Shown here: positions 20,501 to 32,500 of the stretch, piece after piece
How the letters are laid out: each line of letters begins with the position of its first letter
How positions within the stretch are numbered: position 1 is the first letter of the stretch
DNA from: Rubrivivax sp.
GTDB lineage: Bacteria; Pseudomonadota; Gammaproteobacteria; Burkholderiales; Burkholderiaceae_C
Assembly (NCBI GenBank): GCA_018780805.1
Contig: JADMJD010000079.1
Coordinates: 10,167 to 74,166 of the forward strand
Length of the DNA stretch: 64,000 nt
Direction: 5' to 3'
Translations under genes and position numbers: made by a program
The notes under the pieces: generated by a model
Told to the model about the DNA's origin: nothing
The model's database searches: none
The model's input: only the letters and a program-made list of their open reading frames with translations

Positions 20501-23500
20501 GCGCCGGTGTAGGGGCTGTCGGAGCCGTTGCCGTAGCTGCCCGGGTTCCAGGCCCAGTTCGGGTCCCGCACGACGTCGTCGCTGAAGTCGCCATCCAACC
20601 CGGCCACGGATTGACCGGTGATCTCGTAGTAGCGCTGGCCTCCGCCGCCGTAGTTGACGGTCCAGTAGGCGGCGCTGTTGTCGCCGTCGATGCTGACCCG
20701 GTTGGGGTCCTGCAGGTTGGGGTCGTCAATGTTGCCGCTGTTGCGCAGGAAGGAAGCGGACTGGGTGTACTGAACCTTGCCGTCGTCCTTGTAGCGGCCA
20801 ACGAGTTCACCCTTCAGTTCGAAGCTGTCGTTCGGATCGTTCGGATCATCTTCGTCGATCTGGTTGGCGTACTTCCAGGTGCCGCCGGTGCTCTCGCCGT
20901 CGCGCGACGGGTCGTTCACCAGGAACCTGGCCTGGTCGTTGGTGGCCACGGCCAGGATGTCTTCCTGCGCGCCCTTGGGCATCAGGACAAATTTGTCGCG
21001 CCAGCCGCTGATGTCGATGAAGTAGATCTTGTCGACGTTCTGCGGGTCGTCCCAGGTGGGCGTTGCCGCGGTGGCGGTGACGCTGCCGTTGAGCGTGACA
21101 TGCTTGACCGCGGTGTTGTACCCAAAGTCGTACAGCGGCTTGTAGCCCAGGCTGTTCATCACCGCCCAGCGCTGCGCATCGTTCAAGGCCTGGAACGGCC
21201 GGTAGTTCTGGTTGGTGTAGTCGCCGCTCGGAATGCCGGCGCCCGTGACCTGGCGGCCCGGGTTGAACTCGTCCCCCGCGTTGGACCAGTTGATGCTGGG
21301 CAGGTTGTTGCGGCCGTCGTTGGAATAGTCCAAGCCCTCGATCAGCACCTCGCGGAAGCTGTTGGTCTTGGGGTTGTAGTACCCGATCTGCGACAGCGTG
21401 ACGTTCATCGTCCAGTATTCGCTGCCCGCCTTCACCAGCTCGGTGCCCACCTGCTCGGTGACCTCGGTTGTCTCCCAGGTCACGACCGGCACGTCGACGG
21501 TGCCCACGGCCTCCTGCCGGTAGCCGGTGACGATCTCGACGTCCTGGTTCTGCGTCGTGGTGATCTGGATCTTCAACTCGCGCTCGGGCCCCACGGCGGT
21601 GCCGGCGTCCAGCGTGATGTCGCCACCAGCCACCAGGCGCAGGTCGCCGTCGGTGTCCAGCAGGCCGCGGCCGAGGATGGTGATGTCACCACCAAACACA
21701 TCGGCGGCGCCGATCGCGGACACGCCGTTGCTGTCCACCGCCTCCAACGCGTCGCGACCACGGCTCAGGTCCACGCCCACGTGTACGTCGATGCGGCGGC
21801 CGGCCCCCAGCGTGCCGCCGATGAGCACGCTGTTGGCGGCCGACAGCAGCAGGCGGCCGTCGGCGCCCTTGGCCTCGACGAAACCGTCGATCTGGATGTC
21901 CGGTGCCATCAGGTGCACCAGACGATCGGCCTGCACGATGGTCACGCGCACGGGGTCTGAGACCAGGTCGTCCGGGGCCACGTAAAGGCGCGTGCGGGCC
22001 TCCAGGCGCGCGGTGGAACCATCCGCGACCGCGAACACATGGCTGCCGTTGAGCAACGAGAGGTTGCCGCTGGTGATCTCGACGCTGTCGGCGACGTTGA
22101 TGTCGCGCCGCAGCGTCAGGTCCCCGGCGATGGACTCGATGACCAGGGTGGACACCTTGCCCTGGTCGCCCAGGTCGCCCTCGCCCGACAGCTGGCCGAC
22201 CACACCTTCGATCAGGATGCTGTCGATGGCGCCCAGCAGGATGTCGCCGCCGGCATCGGTGTCCAGCGTGCCGCCGGACTGGCGCTGGCCGCCCACCAGC
22301 ACCAGGGTGTCGACGACGATGGCGATGCCGGTTTCGTCGGTGCCACCAAACACCTCCAATCGGTCGGCCGCCGACACCAGGCCACCGATGCGCACCTGGG
22401 CCCGCGACTGCACTGCAACGTCGGCACCGGCATCCGCGTAGGCCGCGTCGGCGGGGCCCTCGTCGCCGGCCCGCACGAAGCCCATCAGACGGATGTCGCC
22501 ATCGGCAAGCAGCGAGACCAGACCATCGCCGAGCTGGTCCGCTGCCAGCGGCCAGCGGCCGTCGCCCGAGGCGTCGGCCACGATGCGGCTGCCGGTGGTC
22601 ATGTCGATGCCCATGCCGGCCGCCGAGGTGCCCGCGCTCAGCGCGATGGTGCCGGTGGCGGCCAGTTCGCCGCCGATGCCGCTGCCGCTGTTGCCGATGA
22701 CGATGTCGCGTTGCGCGGCCAGGTCGATCACCGCCCCGCGGCCGGACCAGGCCCAGCTGCTGTCGGCATCGGCCGCGTCGGCACCGGCGCGCAGTGCGCC
22801 GCTGATGCGCAAGGTCTGCGCCTCCAGCTCGATGCGGCTGTTCTCGCCGGTGCTGTAGAGCTGTCCCGCATCGCCCACCGTGATGCGGCCGCCGGCCGTC
22901 AGGCGCACCAGCGCATCGGCCTCCAGCAGTGCGGCGTTCGGGGTGGCGTTGCGGGCACCGATCTCGATGGCATCGCCCGCCCGCATCGTCAGGCGCTGTC
23001 CAGTCGCCTGGGCGCTGAGGCTGGTGTTCCAGGCTTCGATGTCGTCACCGGCGGTGGCCAGCACCGAGCCGGCGAACTCGAAGTCGCCGTGCAGCAGCAG
23101 GTCTTGCTCGGCGCGCAAGATCACCTCGTCGTCGTAGCTCGCGGCCGTGGCGCCCAGGCTGCGCACCGTCCCGGCCACATCGACGTTGACACCGTAGAGC
23201 TCGATCAGGCCGCCGGTTTCCAGCTGGCCCGAGGTGGCGGCGATGGTCAAGGTGCCGGTCTGGCTGCCGATCTCCAGCCGCTCCAGGCCCGGGCTGCCGG
23301 TGCCGACCTCGCTGTCGATGACCACGTCGTTCAGACCGGTCAGCACGATGCGCGCACCGGCGTCCAGCGTGCTGAGGCTGCTGGTGCCCACCGTGCGCAG
23401 GCTGACCTCGCCCGCCGCCTGCACCGTGCCGGCGCTGATGATGATGTTGCGCTGCGCCGTCAGCTTGCCCCGCAGTTCCAGCGTGTCGGCAGCGGTGATG

Positions 23501-26500
23501 ACGATGTCGGCGTCGCTGCCGCGCGCGATCAGCTCGCCCTCGAAGACAGCAGCGCCGTAGGGCGTGAGCCGCATGCCGCCCGAGAGCGTTTCCAGCAGGC
23601 CGCTGGCGGTGAGCCGCACGGCGGGCGCACCGGCGTCGGTGGTCGAGGCGTACATCTCGATGGCCGTGTGGGCCCGGATCGCGTTGCTGATGACGATCTC
23701 ACCACCCGCAGCACCGGCACGGCCCAGCTGCACCACGGAGCCCACCCCGATGGCGTCGATGGCGTAGGCGCGTGCGGACGCCAGCGCGCCGCCCGTCGGC
23801 GTGCTGCCCACCTGCGTGAAGCCCAGGCGCTCGGCACCACCTTCGTTGGCCGCCGCGATGCTGAAGGCACGCGAGCCCGTCAGCAGCAGCCGGCCTTCGT
23901 CCAGCCGCACGGTCGGGCGGTCGGCGCTGGTGAGCGTGGCCGGGGTGTTGAGTGCGGGCGAGCCCTGCGTGGCGCTGACCACAAAGCTGGCCGCCAGGAT
24001 CGCGGCCTGCAGGTCGTCGCGCAGACTGGCCAGGCCCTGGTTGTCCTGGGTGCTGGCTGCAGTGACCAGCACGGTGGCGGTGGCGGTCCAGCTGCCCATC
24101 ACCACGGAAATCTGCAGCGCGGCGTCGGCCGTCAGGCGGCCGTTGGCCAATTCGGCAAAGCCGTCGGCGATGAGCTCCTGCGTCCAGGCCGGCGGCAGCA
24201 CGGCGAGGTCACCGACGGCCGACAACAGGATCGTGCTGTCGTCCATCCAGGTGCTGAGCGAGACGTTGCCGCCAAGCACCATGCCATAGCTGGCAAAGGG
24301 ATCGTCGGGGTCGTTGACCGGCGCTTCGTAGCCGCCGCGCACGTCGATCGTGCGACCAGCCACCACGTCGCGGCCCAGGCGCACCTGCTGCTCGGCCGTG
24401 ATGGTGATGCTGGAGTTGCCAGCGAAGTTGCGCAGCGTAGAGCCCAGGTAGAAGCCGGCGGCGTCGTAGGCATCCACCAGTTCGCCACCGGCGACCAGCC
24501 AGCCGTTGACGACGGCATCCTGTTGGGCCTGCACGAGGATGTCGCCATCGGGGTCGGACACGATCACCCGTGCCGCGCCCGGGATCAGCACGCCGATGCC
24601 GTCGGCATTGGCGCCGCCGATCAGCGCGATGTGCATGTTGGACAGCACCGTTGCGCCCACCTCGACGGTGGCACCACTGACCGCCCGGGTCAGGCCACCC
24701 AGCCACAGCTGTCCCTGGGCCGCCAGCCGCACGGTGGACGCTTCGTCCGACCAGGCGATGCTTTCGCTTTCCAGGCGGCCGGTGTCGTCGTTGAAGACCT
24801 GCGTGACGGTGCCGCCGGCGATGATGCGGCCCGCCAGCGTGATGCCGCCGACGATGTCGGCCTCGACCCGGCCACCGCTGCCATCGCTGGTGAGGCCAGC
24901 CGCCGTCAGCCCCCCGGCAGAGCCCAGCACGAGGCCGAAGCCTTCGTCGTCGGCGCCGGGTGCACCGGTGGTGGACAACAGTACCGCCTGCGACGCCGCC
25001 ACCGCGGTGTCGATGCGGATCTGCTCGCCCGCGATGAGGGTGACCGTGCTGTCCGGCCCGGCCCACTGGATGTTCTTGTCGCTGATGCTGCCGCCCGCCA
25101 CCAAGGCGCCGAGCAGGTGCACGTCGCGGGCGCCTTCAATGTGGATGTCGGCACCCGGCGCGGTGGTGTTCAGCGTCGACGACGGATGCACGTAGACGCT
25201 CAGGCCCTCGCCGGGTTGGCCCAGGCTCGGGGCGCCACGGCCGATCAGCGTGATGTCGCCGTTGACGTTGGCCTGGCCTTCCCAGTAGACCCAGCGCTGC
25301 GATTCCAGCACGAGGTCGGAGCCCGCGCCCAGCAGGTTGAAGTTGCCGCGCACGATGATGTCGTCCACCGTGCTGACCACAAAGTCGGCGTCGTCCTGCA
25401 ACGTGTTGACCGTGCCGGTCAGCAGGAAGCCGGCGCCGCGCTGGCCGAACAGCGGGTGCAACTCCTGCACGCGGATCTCGTCTATCACGCCGTCCAGCGT
25501 CTCGTCGTAGGCGTAGACCAGGTAGCGGTTTGCGCCATCGTCGATCAGCCAGCGGTTGGGCTCGGCCGTCCCGGCACCGGCGTTGGTGTACTCCAGGCCC
25601 TGGACAAAGCTCGTGCGCACCGGCTGGTCGGCGCCGGCCTTGTAGAACACCGGCAGGTTGTATTCGGCAAAGCCGCTCTGGCTGAGCACACGGTACTGCT
25701 GCGCCGCGGTCATGTCGTCGAAGGAGGTGCCCGCGTCGGGGATCTCCAGCAGGCTCCACACCACGTTTTCGTTGGTGTAGTCCGAACCTTCGGTGAAGCT
25801 CAGGCGGTAGCGCTCGCTGCCGGCGCCCGGCTTTTCATAGACCAGGCCGCTCCAGCGTTCGTAGCCCAGCGTGGCCAGCACCACATCCTGCTGCGCCCGC
25901 GTCATCTCGGCAAAGGCGGTGCCCAGTGCCGGCTTGGCCACGCGGCCCCATTCGATGTCGTTGATCAGGAAGTCGCCGTTCACGCCCTCCTGCAGGTCGT
26001 CGACGACCTGCTTGTCCGGCGTCGGCGCCGATGGGTTGAGGAACAGCTGCCGGTCGACCTCGGTGTAGCCGAGCATGGCCAGCACGACGTCGCGCTGGGT
26101 GGGCGTCAGGTCTTCGAAGCTGGCGTCGGCAGCAGGCGCGGGCACACCGCCCCAGTCGATGGTGCGGATGTCGTAGTCGGCGCCACCGGCCGTGAAACCC
26201 AGTGTCAGTTGCAGGCCTTCGGGCGCATCGGCCGTGTAGAAGGCCGTGCCGTCGATGACCTCGTAACCCAGGGCATGGGCCACGACACGCTTCTGATCGG
26301 CAGTCAGCGACTCGAAGCTGGCGTTGTCGGCCGGCGCCCCCGCATCGCCCCAGAAGATGTCGCTGTTGCGATACTGGGTCACCCGGCCTTCGGTGAAGCC
26401 GGTGACGAGCTTTTCGCCCGACGGGCCGTCGTAGTTGTAGAACGTGACCTGGTCGCCCTTGCCTGCGGCGTACAGGCCGTCGATGTAGGCCACCACCACC

Positions 26501-29500
26501 GCCTGCTGGGCGGCGGTGAGGTCCTTGAACAGCACATCCAGGCCGGGGCGGACGAGGTTGTCCACCACCTCGCGCTGGTCGCCGGTGAGGTCGTCGTAGT
26601 CGGTGCCGGCGGCCGGTTCAAAACTGAAGTTGGCGTCGACCACGGCCTTCTGGGCGGACGTCAGGTCGGCATAGGCCGTGCCGGGGCCCGGCACCCCGGC
26701 CTGGCCCCAAACACCAGCCTCGATCAGCACCGAGAAGTTGGCCGTGCTCGCGTCGATCCAGACGCTGCGCGGCACGCTGGCGTAGTCGACCGTGCTGTTG
26801 CCGATCCAGCGCTCGGAGGAGATCGTGCCCCAGTCGAAGCGGTAGCCGATGCTGTTGGCGACCACCAGCTTCTGCGCGGTGGTGATCTGCGCAAACGACG
26901 GGTCCCCGGCCGGTGCGGCCACACCGGCGCCGGCCCAATCGATCAGGTCGTTGCTGTAGTCGGCCGAGAAGCCCTGCAGGAAGCCGGTGCGCAGCGCCTC
27001 TTCCTGCGGGCCGGCGTCGGCCTTGTAGTAGACACCGCCGGTGTAGGTGGTGTAACCCAGGTGCTGGGCCACCGCCACCTTCTGCGCCCCATTCAGGTCC
27101 GCGAACGGGGTGCCGTTGGCGGGCCGGCCGGCGTCGCCCCAGGCCACCGCTGCCGGGTCGTAGCCCACCACCGGACCGGCGATCAGCGCCTCGCGGATCA
27201 CGCCGCTCACGTCGTTGTAGAAGGCGCCATCGGCAAACACCGTGTAGCCCAGCGACTGCGCAATCTGGAACTGCTGCAGCGGCCGCAGTTCGCTGAACGG
27301 CCGGTAGTCGCCCACGGCCACCACGCCGGCACTGTCGCCCAGGGCCAGCGACTGGTCGGCCAGCAGGGCGCGCAGCGCGGCGCTGACGTTGCCCGCACCC
27401 AGGCCGGCCAGGATGCTGGCCACCGTGCTGGCGTCGGCCGTGGCGGCCAGTTCGACGCCCGGCAAGCGGTCGAAGTAATCGGCCAGATCGTCCTGCACCT
27501 CGCCGGCTTCCAGCGTCATCTGCCCGGCCGAGGTGATCACGCCACCCAGCAGCATCTCGCCTTCGGTGCGGATCTCCAGCACGGCGTTCGGCCCGGTGAT
27601 CACGGGTGCGCTCCCTGTGACAAACCGCCCACCGGAAATGATGGCGCTGCCCGGGTTCAGGTGCACGTGGCGATCAGCCGCCACCGAGATGCGGCCATCG
27701 GCCGCCTCGGCCACGAGCGCCGAGCCTTCCAGCAGCGTGAAGCCGGTGCCGGCCTGGATGTCCATCACCGAACGCGCGCCGTTCAGCGCCACCGTGCCGG
27801 CGTTGTAGATGGACTTGCTGGTGACGATGTTCAGCGTCGCGTTGTCGTTCAGCGTGCGGATCAGCGCCGAGGTATCGCTGGTGAAGCTGTTGGCGCCGTC
27901 GCCGTAGGACACCAGCGCGCCCAGGCCGGTGGTGCCGTCCACGACGATGTTCAGCCGGTCTTCGCCGCTGAGCGTGCCCGAGACGATCAGCTGTTCATCG
28001 ACGCTGAGGTTCAGCACGCGCGCCTGCACCGACACCGATGCTGCGCCCAGCAGGTCGTGGATGTTCTGGCGCTGCACCTCCAGCAGGCCAGCCTCGATGT
28101 CCAGCGTGCCGCTGGCGCGCACGTTGCCGACCACGGTCACGCGGTCGGCTTGCAGCAGCGTGGTGTCGTCGAAGCGCGCCGAGAAGCTGAAGCCGCGGAT
28201 GATGCTGTCGGCGACGTCACCGATGGCCATCTCCACGCCCAGGCCGCGGTGGCCGATGGTGACAGCGGCAAACCCGTCGCGCAGCGCGCTCAGGTCGCGC
28301 ATGCCGAGTTCCATGTAGCCGGTGCGGCCACCGTCGGAGAAATCGAAGCCGAACTCCGACTGCCCGGCGCTGCCGATGCGGTAACCCTGGCGCGCTTGCT
28401 CGGTGCGGATGGTCAGCGTGCCGTCGCCGCGCACGGTGTCGTTGCCGGCCCGCAAATCGATGTCGTCGGCCACCAGCAAAAGGCTGCGGCCCGGGCCGGT
28501 GCTGATCAGGCCGGAGTCGTGCGAGAACAAGGCCTCGCGGCCGGCCAGGCGCACGTCCACTCCGCCGGTGGCGGTGGCCAGGCCACCGCCAGCACGGCCG
28601 TCGGACACGATGGTGAGGCTGTCGTCCTCGCGCACGACGATGTCGCCGAAGGCACCGTCGGGCGTGCCGCGCAGCAGCACCGACAGTTCGGCCAAGCGGG
28701 TGTCGAATTCGCCGTGGATGCCGGTGGCGCTGACGCTGAACATCGCATCCGGCGCCACCAGGCGGGCGTTGCGGATGTCGACGACGCCGGCAGCGTCCAG
28801 CACCAGGTCGGTGTCGCCCCAGGTGGTGTTGTCGGCGGTGACCAGGGTGGTGCCGCCGGTGTTCTGGTCGGTGACTTCGATGCGGTCCACACCGGCAAAC
28901 TGCACGGTGCGCTGGAACGCGGAGGTCTGCAGTTCGAGCTTGGCCGTGCTGAGCTGGATCGGCGCAGTCGTGCTGACCGGCGCGACGATCACGCGGTCAA
29001 AGCCCTCGCCCCCCAACACGGTGAGCAGGCCGCCAGCGCTGAGGTAGACGGTGTCGTTGCCCGCGCCGCCAGCCACGGTGTTCTCGCCGGCACCGACGGT
29101 GAACACGTCCTGGCCCCCGTTGCCCACCATCGTGTTGTTGCCGGCGCCCATGTCGACGATCTCGCTGCCGTCGCCGCCGATGAAGCTGTCGTCGCCGTCA
29201 CCGCCCCAGAAACGCAGGCCGTTCGACGAGCCGCCGACAAAAGCGTCCTTGCCAGCGCCACCGCGGATCTGGCTGCTGCTGGCGCCGCCCAGGATCAGGA
29301 ACTTGTCGTTGCCCGCCTGGCCATCAAAATCCAGCTCGGCCTGCACCGAGGGGCCGACGTAGATGAAGTCGTTGCCACTGCCACCGTAACCGACGATGCG
29401 CCGCACCTGGCTGGCGTTGTAGGTGTCGGTCTCGCCCAGCGAACGCACGGTGAGCGTGTTGCCGTCCTGGTCGATGTTGAAGGCCTCGAGCGTGATGTCG

Positions 29501-32500
29501 TCGTACAGGTCGCCACTGCCGTAGCGCCCGGACTGGTCGCCCATGTGCAGGTACAGCGTGCCATCGGCATCGAGGTGGCTGATGTCCGGCGGATCACCGA
29601 AGCGCCAGATGTAGCTGCCGCCCACCGTGATGCCCATCACCGTCACGCGGGCGGCCAGGTAAGCGGCGGCGGGCGTGATGTCGATCTCGCCGTAGAAACC
29701 GGCGATGGTGAAGTCGATCTCGAAGAAGCCGAAGTCGATCTCGAAATCGAGCGAGCCGTAGGCCTTGGCGGCGAAGCGCGGCTTGCTGGACAGCGTCAGG
29801 CTCATGCCCGCTTCCAGGTGCAGGGGCCCGAGGAAGATGTTGATGCTGGCGCTGCCCGTGATCTCGAACTGGCCATCGCTCTGGATGAAGCCGCCGATGT
29901 CGATCGTGAGCGCGTTGAAGAAATTCAGGCCGCCGTTGAACTCGAGCCGGAAAACTTCTTCGACGATGCTGACACGGCCGCCGAAGGTGATGTCGAAGGC
30001 CAGCAGCTTGATGCCACCGTCCAACGCCAGGTCAAACAGCGTGTCACCCGCGATCACCTGGCCAGCCAGCGTGGTGTAGTCCAGGCTGCTGGTGTTGATC
30101 TGCAGGATGGCCGCGGCCTTGACGTTCAGCGACGACACGCCGAACTCCATGTTGGTGGCCACACGCAATGCGAAGAAGGCATCGCCGTTGGCGTCGGTGC
30201 CGATGGCAGCGGCGCCATCGAAGGCCAGCTCGCCAAAGTCGCCCAGGTCGAGTGTGACGTTCAGTGCGGCCTGGAAGCCGTTGCGGTCGATCAGCAGGTC
30301 GACCTTGCCTTCCAGCGAGATCGGCCCGATGGCCACGGACGCCGCGCCCGACAGGCGCAGCATCTGCGGCGTCAGCGTGACGATGACGGGCTGGCCATTG
30401 GCGTCGAAGACATTGCCCTGGGCGTCGCGGCCGCGCACCTGCTGCGACTCGGCCGTGGTGTTGATCTGCAGCAGGAAGCGGCCGCTGATCGAAAACACAC
30501 CGGCGTCCAGGATCTTGCCCTCGGCACCACCGCCGCCGATCTCCAGGCTGCCGTACAGGCCGGCCGGCACGATGCCCAGCGTGCCGGTGACCGACAGCGG
30601 CTCCAGCACCGGCAGGTCGATCTGCGCGGTGATGCCGATCTCGGCGCCGCTGGTGGAGACGATGACCGCGAAGTCGCCCTGCATCACCAGCAGGCCGTCC
30701 AGCAGGTTCAGGTCACCCTGGCCAGTGAGCGCCACGTAGGGGCCGGTCCAGTTGGGCTTGCCGGGCGGCGTGGCCGGGATCTCGTAGACCGGGAAGTCCA
30801 CCTTGTCCAGGAAGGCCTCGGGCACCTCGTAAATGATGTCGGTGCCGAAGCTGTTCATCGTCAGCTCGAGCTCGGCGTTGAGCTCGGCCACATCGCCGAA
30901 GTCGAGCTGCGTGCTGATCTCCAGCCGCATCGCGATGCCGTCGCGTATCACCAGCAGGCCGGTGGCCTGGGTTTGCAGGATGGGCGCGCTGGCGCTGCCG
31001 ATGCGCGCGTTGACGTCGGCAAACACCTGCAGGCCCTGGCTGGCGCTCAGGCGCAGGTCGATCACACCCGTCAGGAGCACCAGGCCGGCCACATCCAGTT
31101 CGGCCTCGCCGAAGATGCGCAGGAAGAGCTCGTCGTACATCAGCACGATGGGCTCGTCGGGGTTGCCGGTCTCGATGCCGTAACCCGGGCTGATCACGCC
31201 TTGAGAGTTGGTCCAGGTGGCGGCGGAGAAGTCGATCACCTCGAAACCGAAACTCACCTCGACATCGCTGTTCTGCGCCACGGCACCGGTCAACGGGTCG
31301 GTGGTGAACTGGCCGGCGCCCAGGAAGAAGCGGATGCCGCTGTTCACCTCCAGTTGCAGGCTGCCTTCGAGCGTGACCTCGGGCACGCCCACCAAACCCA
31401 CGCGGTCGACATCGGCGTAGGCGGCCAGGTACACACCCACGGACACGCCGCTGCCACTGATGACAAGCTCCTTGGCCACAATGACACCGACGTCCAGGTC
31501 TTCGATCACCACGCCCACGGCGCTGGTGTCGGGGCTGTCGGTCTCTTCGATGCGGCCGTTGCCGTTGCTGTCCTGCCAATAACCGCCGAAGCCGACAAAA
31601 CCGTAGGCGTCGTTGATGCCGATGGCCAGGCTGGTGACGATGGTTTCGTCGCCGTTGGACAGGCGCACCGTCTCGGAGCCGCGCTTGGTGAAGGCCATCG
31701 AGGCCGAGAGCTGGATGAAACCACCCAGGTTGATCTCGGCGTAGCCCACCTTGGCCTGCACGATCTCTTCATCGAAGTCGATGAAGATCATGTTGTTGCC
31801 ACCGGCCGGCAGCGCAAAACCGGCGCGGTCAATCAGGTTGTTCTGGTTGCGGTCTTCACCGGCGTCCAGCACGTCGTTGGCGTTCAGGTCTTCGCTGAAG
31901 TCCTTGAAGCTGGGGCTGGACGGGAAATCGATGGACGGCGGGCCGAAGAGCTGGATCGCCAGGTTCACCGGCGGTGGCACGCCCGGCACGTAGAAACTGT
32001 TGATGTTGACTTCAATGTCTTCGGCCCGGATGCTGAGCAGGTCGGGGTCGATGCCCACCAGCCCGGCCTGGCCGACGTAGGCCTTGGTGGCCATGAACCG
32101 CGGCGTGTACTGCTCCAGGCCCGGGATGGCCTTGCCGATGGCCGGTGTGAAGAGCGCGAAGCCAAAATCGACGTCGTCGACCACCAGGCCGGCGGCGCCT
32201 TCATTGATCTGGTCCAGCAGGCCGTCGCCATCGGCGTCTTCGCCAAAACGGTAGGGGCCGCCGATGCCCGCAAAACCGCTGAGGTTGGCACCGCCCAGGG
32301 TCATTGCCACCACCTGCAGCGGGAACTCGCCGTTTTCCAGCCCCAGGTCTTCGGCCAGCGTGGCCAGGCCGCCCAGGTTGACCGTGACGTCGTAGACCTC
32401 GCCCTGGCGGAAGGCCAGCGAGCCGCGCAGGAACAGGAAGTCGGCCACCGCGATCTCGGCCAGGCCGATGTCGATGCCGATGATTTCGGGCCCACTGAAG

